From positions 310,001-374,000 of the forward strand of contig CDRNVI010000054.1 of NCBI GenBank assembly GCA_977017575.1: a stretch of DNA of 64,000 nucleotides, given 5' to 3'. The notes below the pieces were generated by a model. The model saw only the letters and a list, made by a program, of their open reading frames with translations. It was not told where the DNA came from and made no database searches. The position numbers and the translations under genes were made by a program. Below, piece by piece: positions 21,499-32,680 of the stretch; the first letter of the stretch is position 1, and each line of letters starts with the position of its first letter. The stretch is from Paramoeba atlantica (taxonomy: Eukaryota; Protista; Discosea).

Positions 21499-22137
21499 AT
21501 GTTATCGAAAGTTTTATCTCCACCAGTTCTATCAATGGATTACGAAGGTACGTCGCACTTAAAGCCTAAAAAGGTAAGTGGAGTGTCCGTACCACAAGAA
21601 TACGATTTAGTGCGACTTCTGAAAGACGTTGAAAATAGTCACTCCACTTGGACTACCACTACTCCTGCGTGTAAATGGAGTGGAATAAACTGCAATGCTG
21701 CAGGGATCATTCAAGTTATTGACTGGCGTTCGTATGGTCTTCGTGGTTCTCTGGATTGGCAGTATTTGCCAAATCAACTGATCTGGCTCATTCTTCGAAA
21801 GAATAAACTTACAGGCGAAGTACCTTTCAAATCTTTGCCTTCAACACTGGTATGTCTATCTTTACAGAATAACCGGTTCAGTGGGAATCCGTGCTTTAAG
21901 AGTTTGCCTTTGCTGAAATCCGTTTCGTTGTCCAATAATCAATTCGAGGGATGGGTCGATTTTGATTCGCTGCCAAATTCTTTAAAAGATTTATACCTCA
22001 GCGGAAATTCAAAGCTTAGAGGTTCCTATGTTTTGCCCAGCAACTTTGGCATGAATTCTCATAGAACTTACGATTTCACTGATACTGAGATCAAAACATG
22101 CAATGGTATTTTGAGGCGTAATGTGATGTGGATGTAG
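21499..22137 (+). CDS. LRR-family protein (copy 2)
   Basis: KV....PQEYDL.R...W....CKWSGINC N-cap followed by LxxLxLxxNxLtG repeats. Confidence 0.85.
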   Translation: MLSKVLSPPVLSMDYEGTSHLKPKKVSGVSVPQEYDLVRLLKDVENSHSTWTTTTPACKWSGINCNAAGIIQVIDWRSYGLRGSLDWQYLPNQLIWLILRKNKLTGEVPFKSLPSTLVCLSLQNNRFSGNPCFKSLPLLKSVSLSNNQFEGWVDFDSLPNSLKDLYLSGNSKLRGSYVLPSNFGMNSHRTYDFTDTEIKTCNGILRRNVMWM

Positions 22138-22661
22138 GGTTTTTTTGATTAAGTATGGGGTGCGTTCGGAGACGCACATCAGGCGAAACATGGATTTTCG
22201 TACAGTACTACATCTTCTATTAGAGGGGTGAATCGGGTTCGGTGCGGTCGGGCGCGTCCGGGTGCGGTCGGGTGCGGCTCAAATTAAAAATGCAGTGCCC
22301 CGAAAAAGATCACTCCTAGATATTCAGGAGTTTAGCAATTTTATACACCCTCTTATCATTTTCAGAATTTTGAGATGTACACGTTCCAGTTACTTTTAGT
22401 AAAATGAAATTTTGATGAAATGCAGTCGAAAAGTATCTTAAAAAAATTAGCAGGGGTCCGAATAACTATAAAACTATATTATAGGTACTTTAAAGTAAGT
22501 ATATTTATTTTTCCCTACCATTATCTACCTTTATTTTTTTTGTCAATGATTTGCACTGGAATCGTACTGTTTCGTTGAAATTTTTCAATGCCTTGACGCT
22601 CGGATTGTAATACAGAAAGTCGAGCTAAATTTGTCCAGTCTTATTAGTAATAAGTTTTTTA

Positions 22662-22756
22662 GTCTCTTCGTTAAACGCGGTAGTTGTTTTCAACTTAGAA
22701 GTCATTCATGCCGCGCGCTTCGCGTTGAAAACTGCCACCGTGTTTAGCGAAGAGCC
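22662..22756. repeat. 95-bp palindromic MITE-like repeat; also at 26422-26516 and 46364-46458
   Basis: GGCTCTTCGTTAAACGCGG...CCGCGTTTAACGAAGAGCC with TA flanks; three copies. Confidence 0.8.
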
Positions 22757-23016
22757 TAAAAGGAAAGCTGAAGAAAACGGAAAGATTGGCCGGGAAAGCT
22801 GAAGAAAACGGAAAGATTGTAGCCAAAAATAGCCGATTTTCAGGTAAAAATAGGGACATTTTCGGGTTTTTTTGCTCTCAGAGCACTAAATCCGACATTT
22901 GGATGTGGGAAATCACTAGTAGGGGTGAAGCAAAGCCTACCTAACATATTGGGTAAAGAATACGACTCCAAGCACACCATTCTTTCGACACAAAAAGGCC
23001 TCTTTGGGTCCGAAAA

Positions 23017-23086
23017 ATGATGATTCTATGTGTACGACGGTCTTCTGATACGATCTTGATCTCCAAAACACAAAAAACAGGACTGA
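23017..23086 (+). ncRNA. Probable box C/D snoRNA (copy 2)
   Basis: Identical to copy 1 from C box to D' box. The 3' half has diverged but keeps a C'-like TTGAT and the terminal D box at the same spacing. Confidence 0.6.
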
Positions 23087-24412
23087 TTCTTGTGTACAAC
23101 AATATCTAATATTGTTCTTTTTACAGTGCGTGGCTTTATTACGGGACGGGTTAATTAAGGGACACCCCCATCAGGACAAAGTGTCCCGTAATTAACCGTC
23201 CCTTAATTCTCCATTTTGCTTTCTAAGGCTCTACTATACCTTTTTTTCAATTATCTTCCTTTATTAATTTCCTTTCCGTTCACTGATCCTACAGATACAT
23301 TTTTATGTGTGCCTGATAACTTGCGCGCTCTGTTCCTTGGGCGCTACACTTGTAGTTCTTTTGTCCCATTCGAAAGGTATGACCCCACCCCTATAAACCC
23401 CTCGACACGAATAAAGCACCCCCCTTTATTTTTTGCGTGCGGGGACCCATGGGGGTTGCAGCACCACTTTGTCGTCCACAATTTTGAGATCTGCACGTTC
23501 CCGGGGTTTTTAGCTTCATTTAAAACTTGTAAAAAAATCAGTTTCAGAAATATTTTTTTTCTAAACTTTCATGGTAAAATCCAAGTACCGTCCCCCAAAG
23601 GGGGGATGACCCCTATAGGTAAGACATTATTGCGCCTGAGGTTCGAGGACGGTGTCCCAAAGAAGCAACTTGCACGATAATTTAATATTTCTGTAAAATA
23701 TGTGAGGCAATATCTGAAAGCATAAGAAACCAATAAAACCAAAATATTTACACCGAAAAAAAATATTTTACGTCGCAGAAAAAAAATAGTAACCATTATT
23801 TCACCAAAAGACCTTGCTGGAGTGCCGAAAGCAGCGCTAGATGCATTGCGGGGAGATTGAGGGAGTTGCTATGCCCTGTCCATGGTATCATGTTCAGGGG
23901 AACAGCAACTCCCCATTATCTCGGCGTAGTAAACACGCCTTGGCTTGCCTGGCACTACGATTGCCGAAAAAAAAATATTTTCGGTTCATTTCGCAGCCCA
24001 GTCGCTTCCCACTTAAGGGGCCCGCTCCCACAACCGAGTGATCTCCCCGGCAGCATGGTTTTACTCATGCGTCGAGAAGGCTGGGGTGTGAGACCAGGGT
24101 GCATTTGTAGAAAATTTTCGGAAGAAGAAATACGAAGGAGATTTTACTGCATAATGGAGTAGAAAACTTTGAGTGCAATAGAACAAAGGGTTGGCGTAAA
24201 CCTTTGGTTAACGTTTTTTCTTTTGGAGTGGATTTACTTTCTTTGCCATTCCTCATGCTATCCACTCATAAATTTTACTAATTACTCTAGATTCGTGTGT
24301 TTGTTTCATCCAGTTACGCTTTCTATAATTCTTACATAGGGTCTACATGTACATCGCCAGCTCTTAGAGCTGAGTTCAGGAGTGCTTCTTTTATGTCATA
24401 ATTATGCTCTTC

Positions 24413-25196
24413 TCAAGTCAACCCGTCCGCTGGGTTTTCTTTAGATTTAATATGGAAAATTCGAAAAGAATGTTCACGTTTCTCTATCTGTTCATCCATT
24501 TCCGTGATCTCATTACACATCGATCTCCTAACTGATGTACGCCCCGATTCTGATGGTATTTCACTCTGGTGAAACCAGTGTCGCATATCAGCGGATAAAA
24601 AGTTTACGTTGGGGGAATTCTCTATTCTATACATGGATAATTTCAGCGATAGCTGGAAAATTCAAGCAAGGAGGGCGATTGCACATCTCATTTAGTGGTG
24701 TTCCATCCGCAATACTTCTTGACAATTCCTCCCCTTTTGATGCCTCAAAGTAACGTAAATATAAGCGTGGTCATGATCGAGAGTCGTGTGCCACACGTAG
24801 CACCCCGCATTCCACGAGTTCTAATAAATGTTGTAACCAAACCCCGGAGGATAGTTTCCTTGTTTTCCCGTAAAAAGGGGGACAATTTATCCATTCAATA
24901 AATTTTTGGGTACTTTTCAATGCCGTGCAACATTTGATACCCCATGGTAAACCATGTTTTAGGTGTGTTGATGTAAAGAATCCAAGTTGTTCCTTCAGTA
25001 TTTATGATGAATCTTCGTTAACAAAGAAATCGGGTATAAATGCATCAAGCAAAGCAACCGTTTGCTTTGTTTTTCTAGTTTTCTTTTTTTCTCTCCACCG
25101 AATAAGCACTAACGCGTTCACTATCGTCGGTCTGAATTTCTGATTCAATATTCCTACTAGGCGAGATATCCTGAAAAGCCGTATTCCGAGCGTCAA
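24413..25196 (-). pseudogene. Degenerate RT-thumb/RNase H relic, possibly a DIRS/VIPER-type retroelement
   Basis: RLVGILN and FHIKSKENPADGLT* (TGA plausibly from CGA); several stops. Confidence 0.4.
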
Positions 25197-25445
25197 CCCG
25201 AGACGTCCGGTGTGTGCCTCGATACTTCCGTATGGGGGTATAGTGCACCAACAATACTCCCCCTCCTTGTTTTCTCTCCCCCAAACACTCTATATTTTTC
25301 AACTTCATATTCGTATTTCGAACGTCAACCCGAGACGTCCGGTGTGCTTCGATACTTGCATATGAGGGGATCTATAACGCACCAACAATAGTCCCCCCCC
25401 TTGTTTTCTCTCCCCCGAACACTCCATATTTTTCAACTTCAAATC
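25191..25445. repeat. Two tandem copies of a ~132-bp unit
   Basis: CGTCAACCCGAGACGTCCGGTGTG starts at 25191 and at 25323. Confidence 0.85.
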
Positions 25446-25749
25446 TTCTTAGGGGGGAGGACTCCCGTTACCATGCCTCAAGTGAGGATTAAGGAACTAA
25501 GGTTTTTTTTTTCGGCAATCGTAGTGCCAGGCAAGCCAAGGCGTGTTTACTACGCCGAGATAATGGGGAGTTGCTGTTCCCCTGAACATGATATTATCAC
25601 TCCTTCGTAAGCACCATGTTACCGGGACCAAGCCCTAGGTGCCAGGCATGCCATGGCACGTCACAACTTCCCACCCTCTCCCTTCTGTTTTTATTCTGTT
25701 TTCACTTTATTGTCAAAAAAACATGCCGGAGAGGAGGGTGTATAGCGCA

Positions 25750-26115
25750 AATGCAACGGCAAGTGTGTCCCGAAGGACACGGAGCCCATGGGCCTCCCAG
25801 CACGAATGCTGGGGCGGTGGTACCCCGAAGGGTACGGAGCCCATGACCCTCGTTACAGAGGATGAATATATAAATGCAACGGCAAGTGTGTCCCGAAGGA
25901 CACGGAGCCCATGGGCCTCCCAGCACGAATGCTGGGGCGGTGGTACCCCGAAGGGTACGGAGCCCATGACCCTCGTTACAGAGGATGAATATATAATGCA
26001 ACGGCAAGTGTGTCCCGAAGAAGAACACGGAGCCCATGGGCCTCCCAGCACGAATGCTGGGGCGGTGGTACCCCGAAGGGTGCGGAGCCCATGGGCCTCG
26101 TTATAGAGGATGAAG
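25750..26115 (-). repeat. Three tandem ~123-bp units, each with three TTCG-loop hairpins on the minus strand
   Basis: Units start at 25750, 25873 and 25995; stems GTACCC/GGGTAC, CCCAGCA/TGCTGGG and GTGTCC/GGACAC. Confidence 0.9.
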
Positions 26116-26272
26116 TACTGCCAGGACGGGACCAAGCGAATTGATGCGTGAGATTTTCAGGCGTGTAAGATTGTTTAGGTAAATGGAGCTAAATGTAGTA
26201 GTTCTACTGGATACTAGAAACAAGTAGTTCAATTATATTTAGTTTATAATCGTGCTATAGATATATTGAAAA

Positions 26273-26341
26273 CTTCACCCTCAAACTCCGCCGAATATGG
26301 CGGTGCCGGGCTTGGGACCGGTAACAAGCGTGTTAACGAAG
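26273..26341 (-). ncRNA. Twister ribozyme-like motif (possibly degenerate)
   Basis: TAAC..GC, then CCGG-TCCCAAGC-CCGG, a hairpin, then GAGGG, in twister order. P1 CTTCG/TGAAG; P2 poorly paired. Confidence 0.55.
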
Positions 26342-27299
26342 GAGTGATAATGAGTAAAAAGGGGGTACATGTCACAAAACGCACTGTTCAACGTGACTTA
26401 AAAGCAATGAAATTCTTTTTAGGCTCTTCTTTAAACGCGGTGGTTGTTTTCAACTTAGAAGTCACTCAATCTGCGCGCTTCGAGTTGAAAACTACCGCCG
26501 CGTTTAACGAAGAGCCTAAAAAGAAAATTTAGCCTGGAAAACGGAAAGATTATAGGCAAAAATAGCCGAATTTCGGGTAAAAATGGGGTGATTTTCAGGT
26601 ATTTTTGCTCTCAGAGCACTAAATCCGACATTTGCGCGTGGGAAATCACTCGTAGGCATGAATGGAAGCCTACCGAACGTATTGGGTAGAGAATGCGACT
26701 CCAACCATACCATTCTTTCGACACAAAAATGCCCCTTTAGGTCCGAAAAATCCTTTTTCATCTTTTTTAGTCAAAAATGGGTCATTTTGAGGTGCGCACC
26801 ACCGTTAGAAGAAGTGATACCTTGCGAAAACAACTGCGGAGAAAGCTAGTGTAGGTCCCAAACTATCAAAATACAATAGGGGAAACGATTTTGGAAAAAT
26901 ATTTTTTTTGCCATTTTTTTCGCCAAGTTGAAATTTTTTTCAAAAAAAAATCCGAGCTTGGCGGACCCGTCCTGCGGATACGCGGAGGGGTCACCCCCGG
27001 GTAGGGGGGTGGAAAATGCGCGCCAAGACCCCGGCTACCCTTTCTGCGTTTTTCTTTCGAAAACTAATTTTTTCGAAAAAATTTGCTCGACCATGCCCCC
27101 CCCCTGGACCCCCCCCCCTGGACCCCCCCCCATGGACCCCCCATTTTTTTCAATTTTTTTTTTCAGTTTTGGACCACCGGAGCCCCCTTTTATATTTTTT
27201 TCTTCTATTATATTACTGTGTTCCTCTTTATATTTTCACTGTTTTTGTTCACTTTTTTTTCAATAATCGAGTGTAGAGCGGTAGTTTTACAACCACCGC

Positions 27300-27670
27300 A
27301 ATATACTTACAGTAGTGTTCAGCCTCTTTTACCCCCCCCCCACCTACAGGTCTTGCATTTTGTTCGATTTTGGAAATATTTTGGATGGGACTGTTTTTCG
27401 ACCCAATCGTTCCGAATCCGAGGTCCTTTTCACTCGTGGGCACCTGTATCATACGTAAACTGGGGAAAAACCGCAAAAAAGTCGATTTTTGTTGTAATTA
27501 GCTTTTTTGACCCCTACCTGGATAGGGGGGGTAGGGGGTCGCTCGAGTGAAAAGGGCCTCGGATTCGGAAGGATTGGGTCGAAAAACGGTGGTATACCAA
27601 ATATTTCCAAAATCGGACAAAATACAAGACCTGTAAGGGGGAGGGGTAAAAGATGCTGATCACCACTGCA
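27300..27670. mobile_element. Foldback/MITE with ~140-bp imperfect inverted arms
   Basis: 27315-27435 is the reverse complement of about 27543-27660. Confidence 0.7.
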
Positions 27671-27879
27671 TAAAAACTATGGTTCACCGGCACGATAAAT
27701 GTAGGTTGAAAACAGAAAAGAAAAACAAAATTGGCCCAACAAAAATCTGGAAAACGTTTTTAAGACATTTGAAGACATATTTATAGCTTTACAGACTTAT
27801 TCTGACTCTTTCCTCTCTATTCGTACATACACATAAATCCTAATTATCCTAACTTTACCAAGTCACCTGGAGAAAATTG

Positions 27880-28160
27880 ACACTTTTCCAGTACTGGGTG
27901 AGTTTCATCCACTGTAGCTCCCGCATTAGCACAAAATATTGGTGCTTACACCGATTACCTCGGCGACCGTCTGGACAAGTACACTGGCAGCCTTGTAGAC
28001 CAATGTGCACAGTGTAATAACGATCAGTTTCACCTTAAACCTGATACTTGTGGTCACCATCTTCGACTACCCCATACCTACGAATCAAGCGAATGTGTTC
28101 AGCAACGGCCTTACCCAATCTTGTCGTAGGTATCTCTGATTCGTCAACAGACTCACTCGC
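27880..28160 (-). pseudogene. SWIM zinc-finger ORF relic inside the Merlin element
   Basis: RLGKAVAEHIRLIRR...YQV*GETDRYYTVHIGLQGCQCTCPDGRRGNRCKHQYFVLMREL. Confidence 0.75.
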
Positions 28161-28319
28161 ACTAGTCTATTTTTTCCTGGCATAGTTCCTGGTTCCTCGC
28201 TCCCAAATGTTGGGCAATTTCTGTGCCAACTCTTAATCTTCAATCGCCCCCCCCCCCTTTATAGGTTCGTTTGGGCAAAAGCGCGGCTATTATAAATGGG
28301 GGGGGGGGGCACAGTACTT

Positions 28320-29210
28320 GAATTACGAATCAAGGTTTTCATTAATTTTTGGAAACGGTTTCGTAAAGGGATTTTAAAGGAAACTTCACTAATAAATCTT
28401 GCCCGCGATTCGCATTGCTCCATGGTTGTTCCCCGCTTGTGAAAAAATCGCCTACAATAACCCTTAACGGCTGAGTGAGACGATTCTGCATTGTTCGTAT
28501 GCACACTCATGCCAGGAGAGTGGACGAACTCATCAGCATGACAAATAGTGAAATGCCGGCAGAAGGCACCAATACCACGGTATGATCGCCGTCATCTGTA
28601 ATTACGGTAGAATTTGTTCCTTCGATCACTTTTTGAACGAAGGCGTGCAAATTAACTTTCGTACGTGTTGTTGTAGCTTCCCAGTAGATCTGCATCGACT
28701 TCCCGGTACTTGGATTAACATCTGTGGCTGTCATTAACCAAAATCTTTCCTTTCTGGTACGTTCTCCGCGGTTATGCAACCGCTTACCGATGTAAGTCTC
28801 ATCCACCATGAGATATTTCATCGTTGTTGTAGGTGAAGGTAGCAAACTCAACACCTTTTCAATTCCTTGAAGATCGGCACGCACTTGCCGTTCACATCGA
28901 AGAGTCTGAATCGCAACGCTTTCAGTCAGGTTACCCTGTGCCAGTAATAGCTAAACACGAAATTTAGTCACTATTCGACATTTCTCAGGAAACAACGGTC
29001 CAAATTCGGGGATTTTCTTACGACAATCTGTCCCGTCCGAAAGCTTCTTGAAGCATTGTCTTTTGCGAGGCCGCTCTCCACACCTAATACACGGAGTATT
29101 TTCCCCAAAACAATGACTTCGCAGCCAGCGGAATAAGTTCTCCTCAATTATCTGCATTATCGAGGTCACCAATACCAAGCAGGCCAACGTAGTACATCCC
29201 GGACAGTCCA
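28320..29210 (-). pseudogene. Merlin transposase with a stop and a frameshift
   Basis: MDCPGC..C, LMVDETYIGKR, VITD, SVHTNNAESSHSAVK. Confidence 0.85.
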
Positions 29211-29955
29211 TTGGGTACTCCAAGCATTGAAAAATAAGTTGAAATGTCTTAAGTGTAAACAGAAAAGTTTTATAAAGTCAACAAAAGGTTTTTTTTGACA
29301 AAAAAAATCATGAGAAAAAAATAAATTTTTAACCTACATTTATCGTGCCGGTTACCCAAAACTATTTTTTTAGTATTTTTCTTAGTAAGGTTTTTTCTGA
29401 AAGTATTGCTTGAAATGACGAATCGACGCAATTTCTTTTTTCACTCCCGTTTCCTTAAAAGATTTCTCACTATTTTTCTCATCATTATGCCCAACAAGCG
29501 TCGTGGTCAAGCTAAAATCATTTTTTCACACTTTGTTGAAGTCGATGGGGAAGTAGACCTACTTTAATGTCAGATATGTTCCAGCCCAGACGCCTTTTTT
29601 CATACATAAAACACACATACACGTGACATCTAATCCTGCCCTCTAAGCCTCTACACCTCCATCGGCTCTCTCCTACCCCGCGAAATTCCTCTGGGTCCAC
29701 TGACCGATCTGTCTACCTCGTGCCTTCCTGGGCATGGAACACGGATAAACACCATATACTAGTAGTTTTTATAGTACTATATAGTGTCTATAGTACTATA
29801 AACGAGGTTTATAGTACTATAAATTTTCTTGAAACACTATAAACTATCTATAAATCGTTTTAGGGGCCTCGGTGGAAGGTCGTGCTGGAAACAATTTCTA
29901 TCCTACTCCTCTGAAACCGACTATTTTGACCCCCTACTGAAAGCTCTTTTTATAT

Positions 29956-31908
29956 ATGCAGCGCGCAACACCTCGTCTATGTTTCCTATCCTCAGTGCGA
30001 ATCATCCTTGCATCGTCAAAGGAATATAGCACGTACTTATTTTCTTCCTCACCAGAGTGTAAAGACACCGTGGAGTCGGAAATCAGAGCTGTGAATCATC
30101 GCATTCAACTGGAAAAACATCTTACTGAGAACTCTCGCGTGATAAATACGATTGATTATATAAACAAGCAAGACGTGACACCGAAGAATCCGGCATTTCT
30201 TACCAACAAAGATGGTATCAAACTTAAAGAACTCAAAGCAATACCTTCAATGGAAGACGCTCCTAATTCAGCAACCGCTAAGCAAAAATGTTCCCCTGAA
30301 AAAACTACGGAAAATCTTTCAAAAAACAAACAAGTCCAAAAACTTGCTGCGTACTACTCGTGGTACCCTAAGGAGGTGTGGGATACTCAACCGATTGATG
30401 AAAACCATATGTCGGTTAAAGCTTTCAGAAAAGCGCTTGATCGTGTACCGTTTAATGTTGCAGAGTGGGCCAATGAAGCGTTATCTCCTGTAGTGCATTC
30501 TCAAGAGAAAATTCACTTAGATGCTGAAAAGACAGTTAAAAAGTTGCGCGCTGCCTCCAGCAAAATAATATCTGATGCTCCAAACAGCAGGTTGGATACA
30601 AAATCAAACCAAAAGATAGGACAGGAAGTTACCCAAATCGGGGATACGTCGAGGATCCATCTTGAAAAGACAGGGCCTCGTTACCCCCAATGTGAACTAT
30701 GCCTCAAAGAACCTGCTACCTTACGGCACATATTAAATCGCTGCAAAGTAGCCCTGAATCAAGATCGATACACATACCGACACAACTCCGTACTAAGTTT
30801 ATTGGGCAAACAAATACGTGAGAGTTCCTGTTTGAATACTCTTTGGTTGGATCTTCCGAATTACGGATATATCCCCGCAGAGCTGAAACGTGTGTGTAAC
30901 GGGTTACGCCCCGACGGATATGTTGTATTCAAGGACGGGTCGCGGGCGATTCTGGAGGCTACGTGTCCATGGGAACTGCGACTGCCGCTTATGCACGCAA
31001 GCAAACACCTGAAATATCAAACCGCTTGCAAGCTTTTAGAGAAGAAAACGGGAAAACATTGTGAACTTTTTTGCTTTGAAATCGGTGCTCGTGGAATTGC
31101 CAGTGAAGCCTGCGCTCACTTGAAACGACTGATTCCGTCAAATTTCGAAGAGGCACTTTGCGCAATGTCCGCTTCAGCACTGGAGTGCTCATATGAAATT
31201 TGGAAGTATCGTTCAGAGCCTGTGTGGCCGCATTCCATTGAAAACCGACGCCAGAATTCATCAAAACGTATTGCGGAAAAAACGGCGACGCAGTTGCTCG
31301 AACCCATCGAGGAGAATTTAAGACCAAAAAAGCCATCTAGATCAACAGGGAAAGATGACAGCGACTTCCTGTACGGTGATGAAGCTTTGTGTATGGTGAC
31401 GAAGACGGAAGAAAAACATAGGCGTTCTTCAGCATATGACAGAAAATCTGTCGATTCGGGAGACAAAAAAGCAGGAGAACGAATTATTCGCGCATCCTTC
31501 CATGATCCGACCGGACAAGCTCTGAATAAAAGTCTGCATGATAATGAAATGCCCAATTCTCAAGAATCTCAAGAAATAGGAGAGAAGAGCGATGAACACC
31601 AACAGGTGCCGAAGCAGGTCGTCAGCAGAAGAGCTGTAGACCAAGATACAGAAATTGCAAGCACTAGTGAAAAAATGAACCAAAATATAGAGGAACCTGT
31701 GGTACAGAAAGAGGTTGAGTCAGTAAATGGGAAATATAAAAATGTAGCGTACGGGGACGAAGTCCTTTGCTTTATACCTGCTGACAATAAGGCGGGACTT
31801 TCTTTTCATAAGATGCTCAAGAAAGGCTCTGAGATATTTTCCTCTGTGACAGTCTATGTAGCAGGTGGAACGAGCGACGACTCACAGGAGCAAGAACCAA
31901 CGTCATAA
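29956..31908 (+). CDS. Intact 650-aa protein with HERO-type CCHC knuckle and restriction-like endonuclease but no RT
   Basis: CELCLKEPATLRHILNRC, RYTYRHNSVL, LRPDG, LEATCPWE, KHLKY, CFEIGARG; about 220 aa C-terminal extension. Confidence 0.85.
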   Translation: MQRATPRLCFLSSVRIILASSKEYSTYLFSSSPECKDTVESEIRAVNHRIQLEKHLTENSRVINTIDYINKQDVTPKNPAFLTNKDGIKLKELKAIPSMEDAPNSATAKQKCSPEKTTENLSKNKQVQKLAAYYSWYPKEVWDTQPIDENHMSVKAFRKALDRVPFNVAEWANEALSPVVHSQEKIHLDAEKTVKKLRAASSKIISDAPNSRLDTKSNQKIGQEVTQIGDTSRIHLEKTGPRYPQCELCLKEPATLRHILNRCKVALNQDRYTYRHNSVLSLLGKQIRESSCLNTLWLDLPNYGYIPAELKRVCNGLRPDGYVVFKDGSRAILEATCPWELRLPLMHASKHLKYQTACKLLEKKTGKHCELFCFEIGARGIASEACAHLKRLIPSNFEEALCAMSASALECSYEIWKYRSEPVWPHSIENRRQNSSKRIAEKTATQLLEPIEENLRPKKPSRSTGKDDSDFLYGDEALCMVTKTEEKHRRSSAYDRKSVDSGDKKAGERIIRASFHDPTGQALNKSLHDNEMPNSQESQEIGEKSDEHQQVPKQVVSRRAVDQDTEIASTSEKMNQNIEEPVVQKEVESVNGKYKNVAYGDEVLCFIPADNKAGLSFHKMLKKGSEIFSSVTVYVAGGTSDDSQEQEPTS

Positions 31909-32680
31909 TGTGCTGTAATGAGTTCACGCTGGGCTGATCTTTATTAGTAAAAACATTCGCGAAAAAAAAATGTATGTACCCCCCAAACATCCAAAAATGT
32001 ATACCACCCAGACACGTTTTTGAGCACGAGAAAAACTTCGAAACTAGTACTGCCAAAAATTATGTCTCTATGTAACGAAACTAACTTCACAAAGGCGAAT
32101 GCACCTGCCCTACTTCAGAAATTACACGACAATCTCTTTACTCTACTTGAGCGATGCATCTTTGTTCTACCCCATTTATTGATTCACTTCGTTTTTTATT
32201 TCTTGCTTGCTTATCATGTTCCATCCAAAAGTGATTTAGAATTGTATATTTGTACATTGTACATTTGTACATCCTTCACTTTATAAATCATTTCCTTCCT
32301 CTTTTTTTTGTAGCGGACATTTCCTAAACATTTTATACAGCATGACTTTTTACACAACACCTGACATTTTCTAACCCTGTACATCCTTTCTGATTATCTT
32401 TTCCTTTCCTCTTCTTTGCCGTTTCGAGCTTATCTCTCTACACTCTACCACATTGTTTCCTTCCACCATGGTAGCCCTACACCTATCAAATATCTCTTTC
32501 ATATCGTGGTTTAAACTTTAAACGGTTTGATAGATTTAATGCAGACCAACAAATTTTATCCAATATTTTAGAATTTTTCTTTTACAAATTTTTATTACTT
32601 TAAGGTACTTCTTTCGTAATTTTGTTTATGAAAATTCTCTTTTAAGGTCATTCTACGCTATTTCAGACCCCTGTATTTCC

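Larger units (their letters stand above)
27681..29357 (-). mobile_element. Merlin transposon, second family, degenerate, with internal cargo
   Basis: TIR GG(T/G)T(C/A)ACCGGCACGATAAATGTAGGTT; 8-bp TSD AAAACTAT at 27673-27680 and 29358-29365. Confidence 0.9.

Noticed and set aside
25750-26115. CRISPR array
   Set aside because: Whole 123-bp units repeat with no unique spacers, no cas genes, and the context is eukaryotic.
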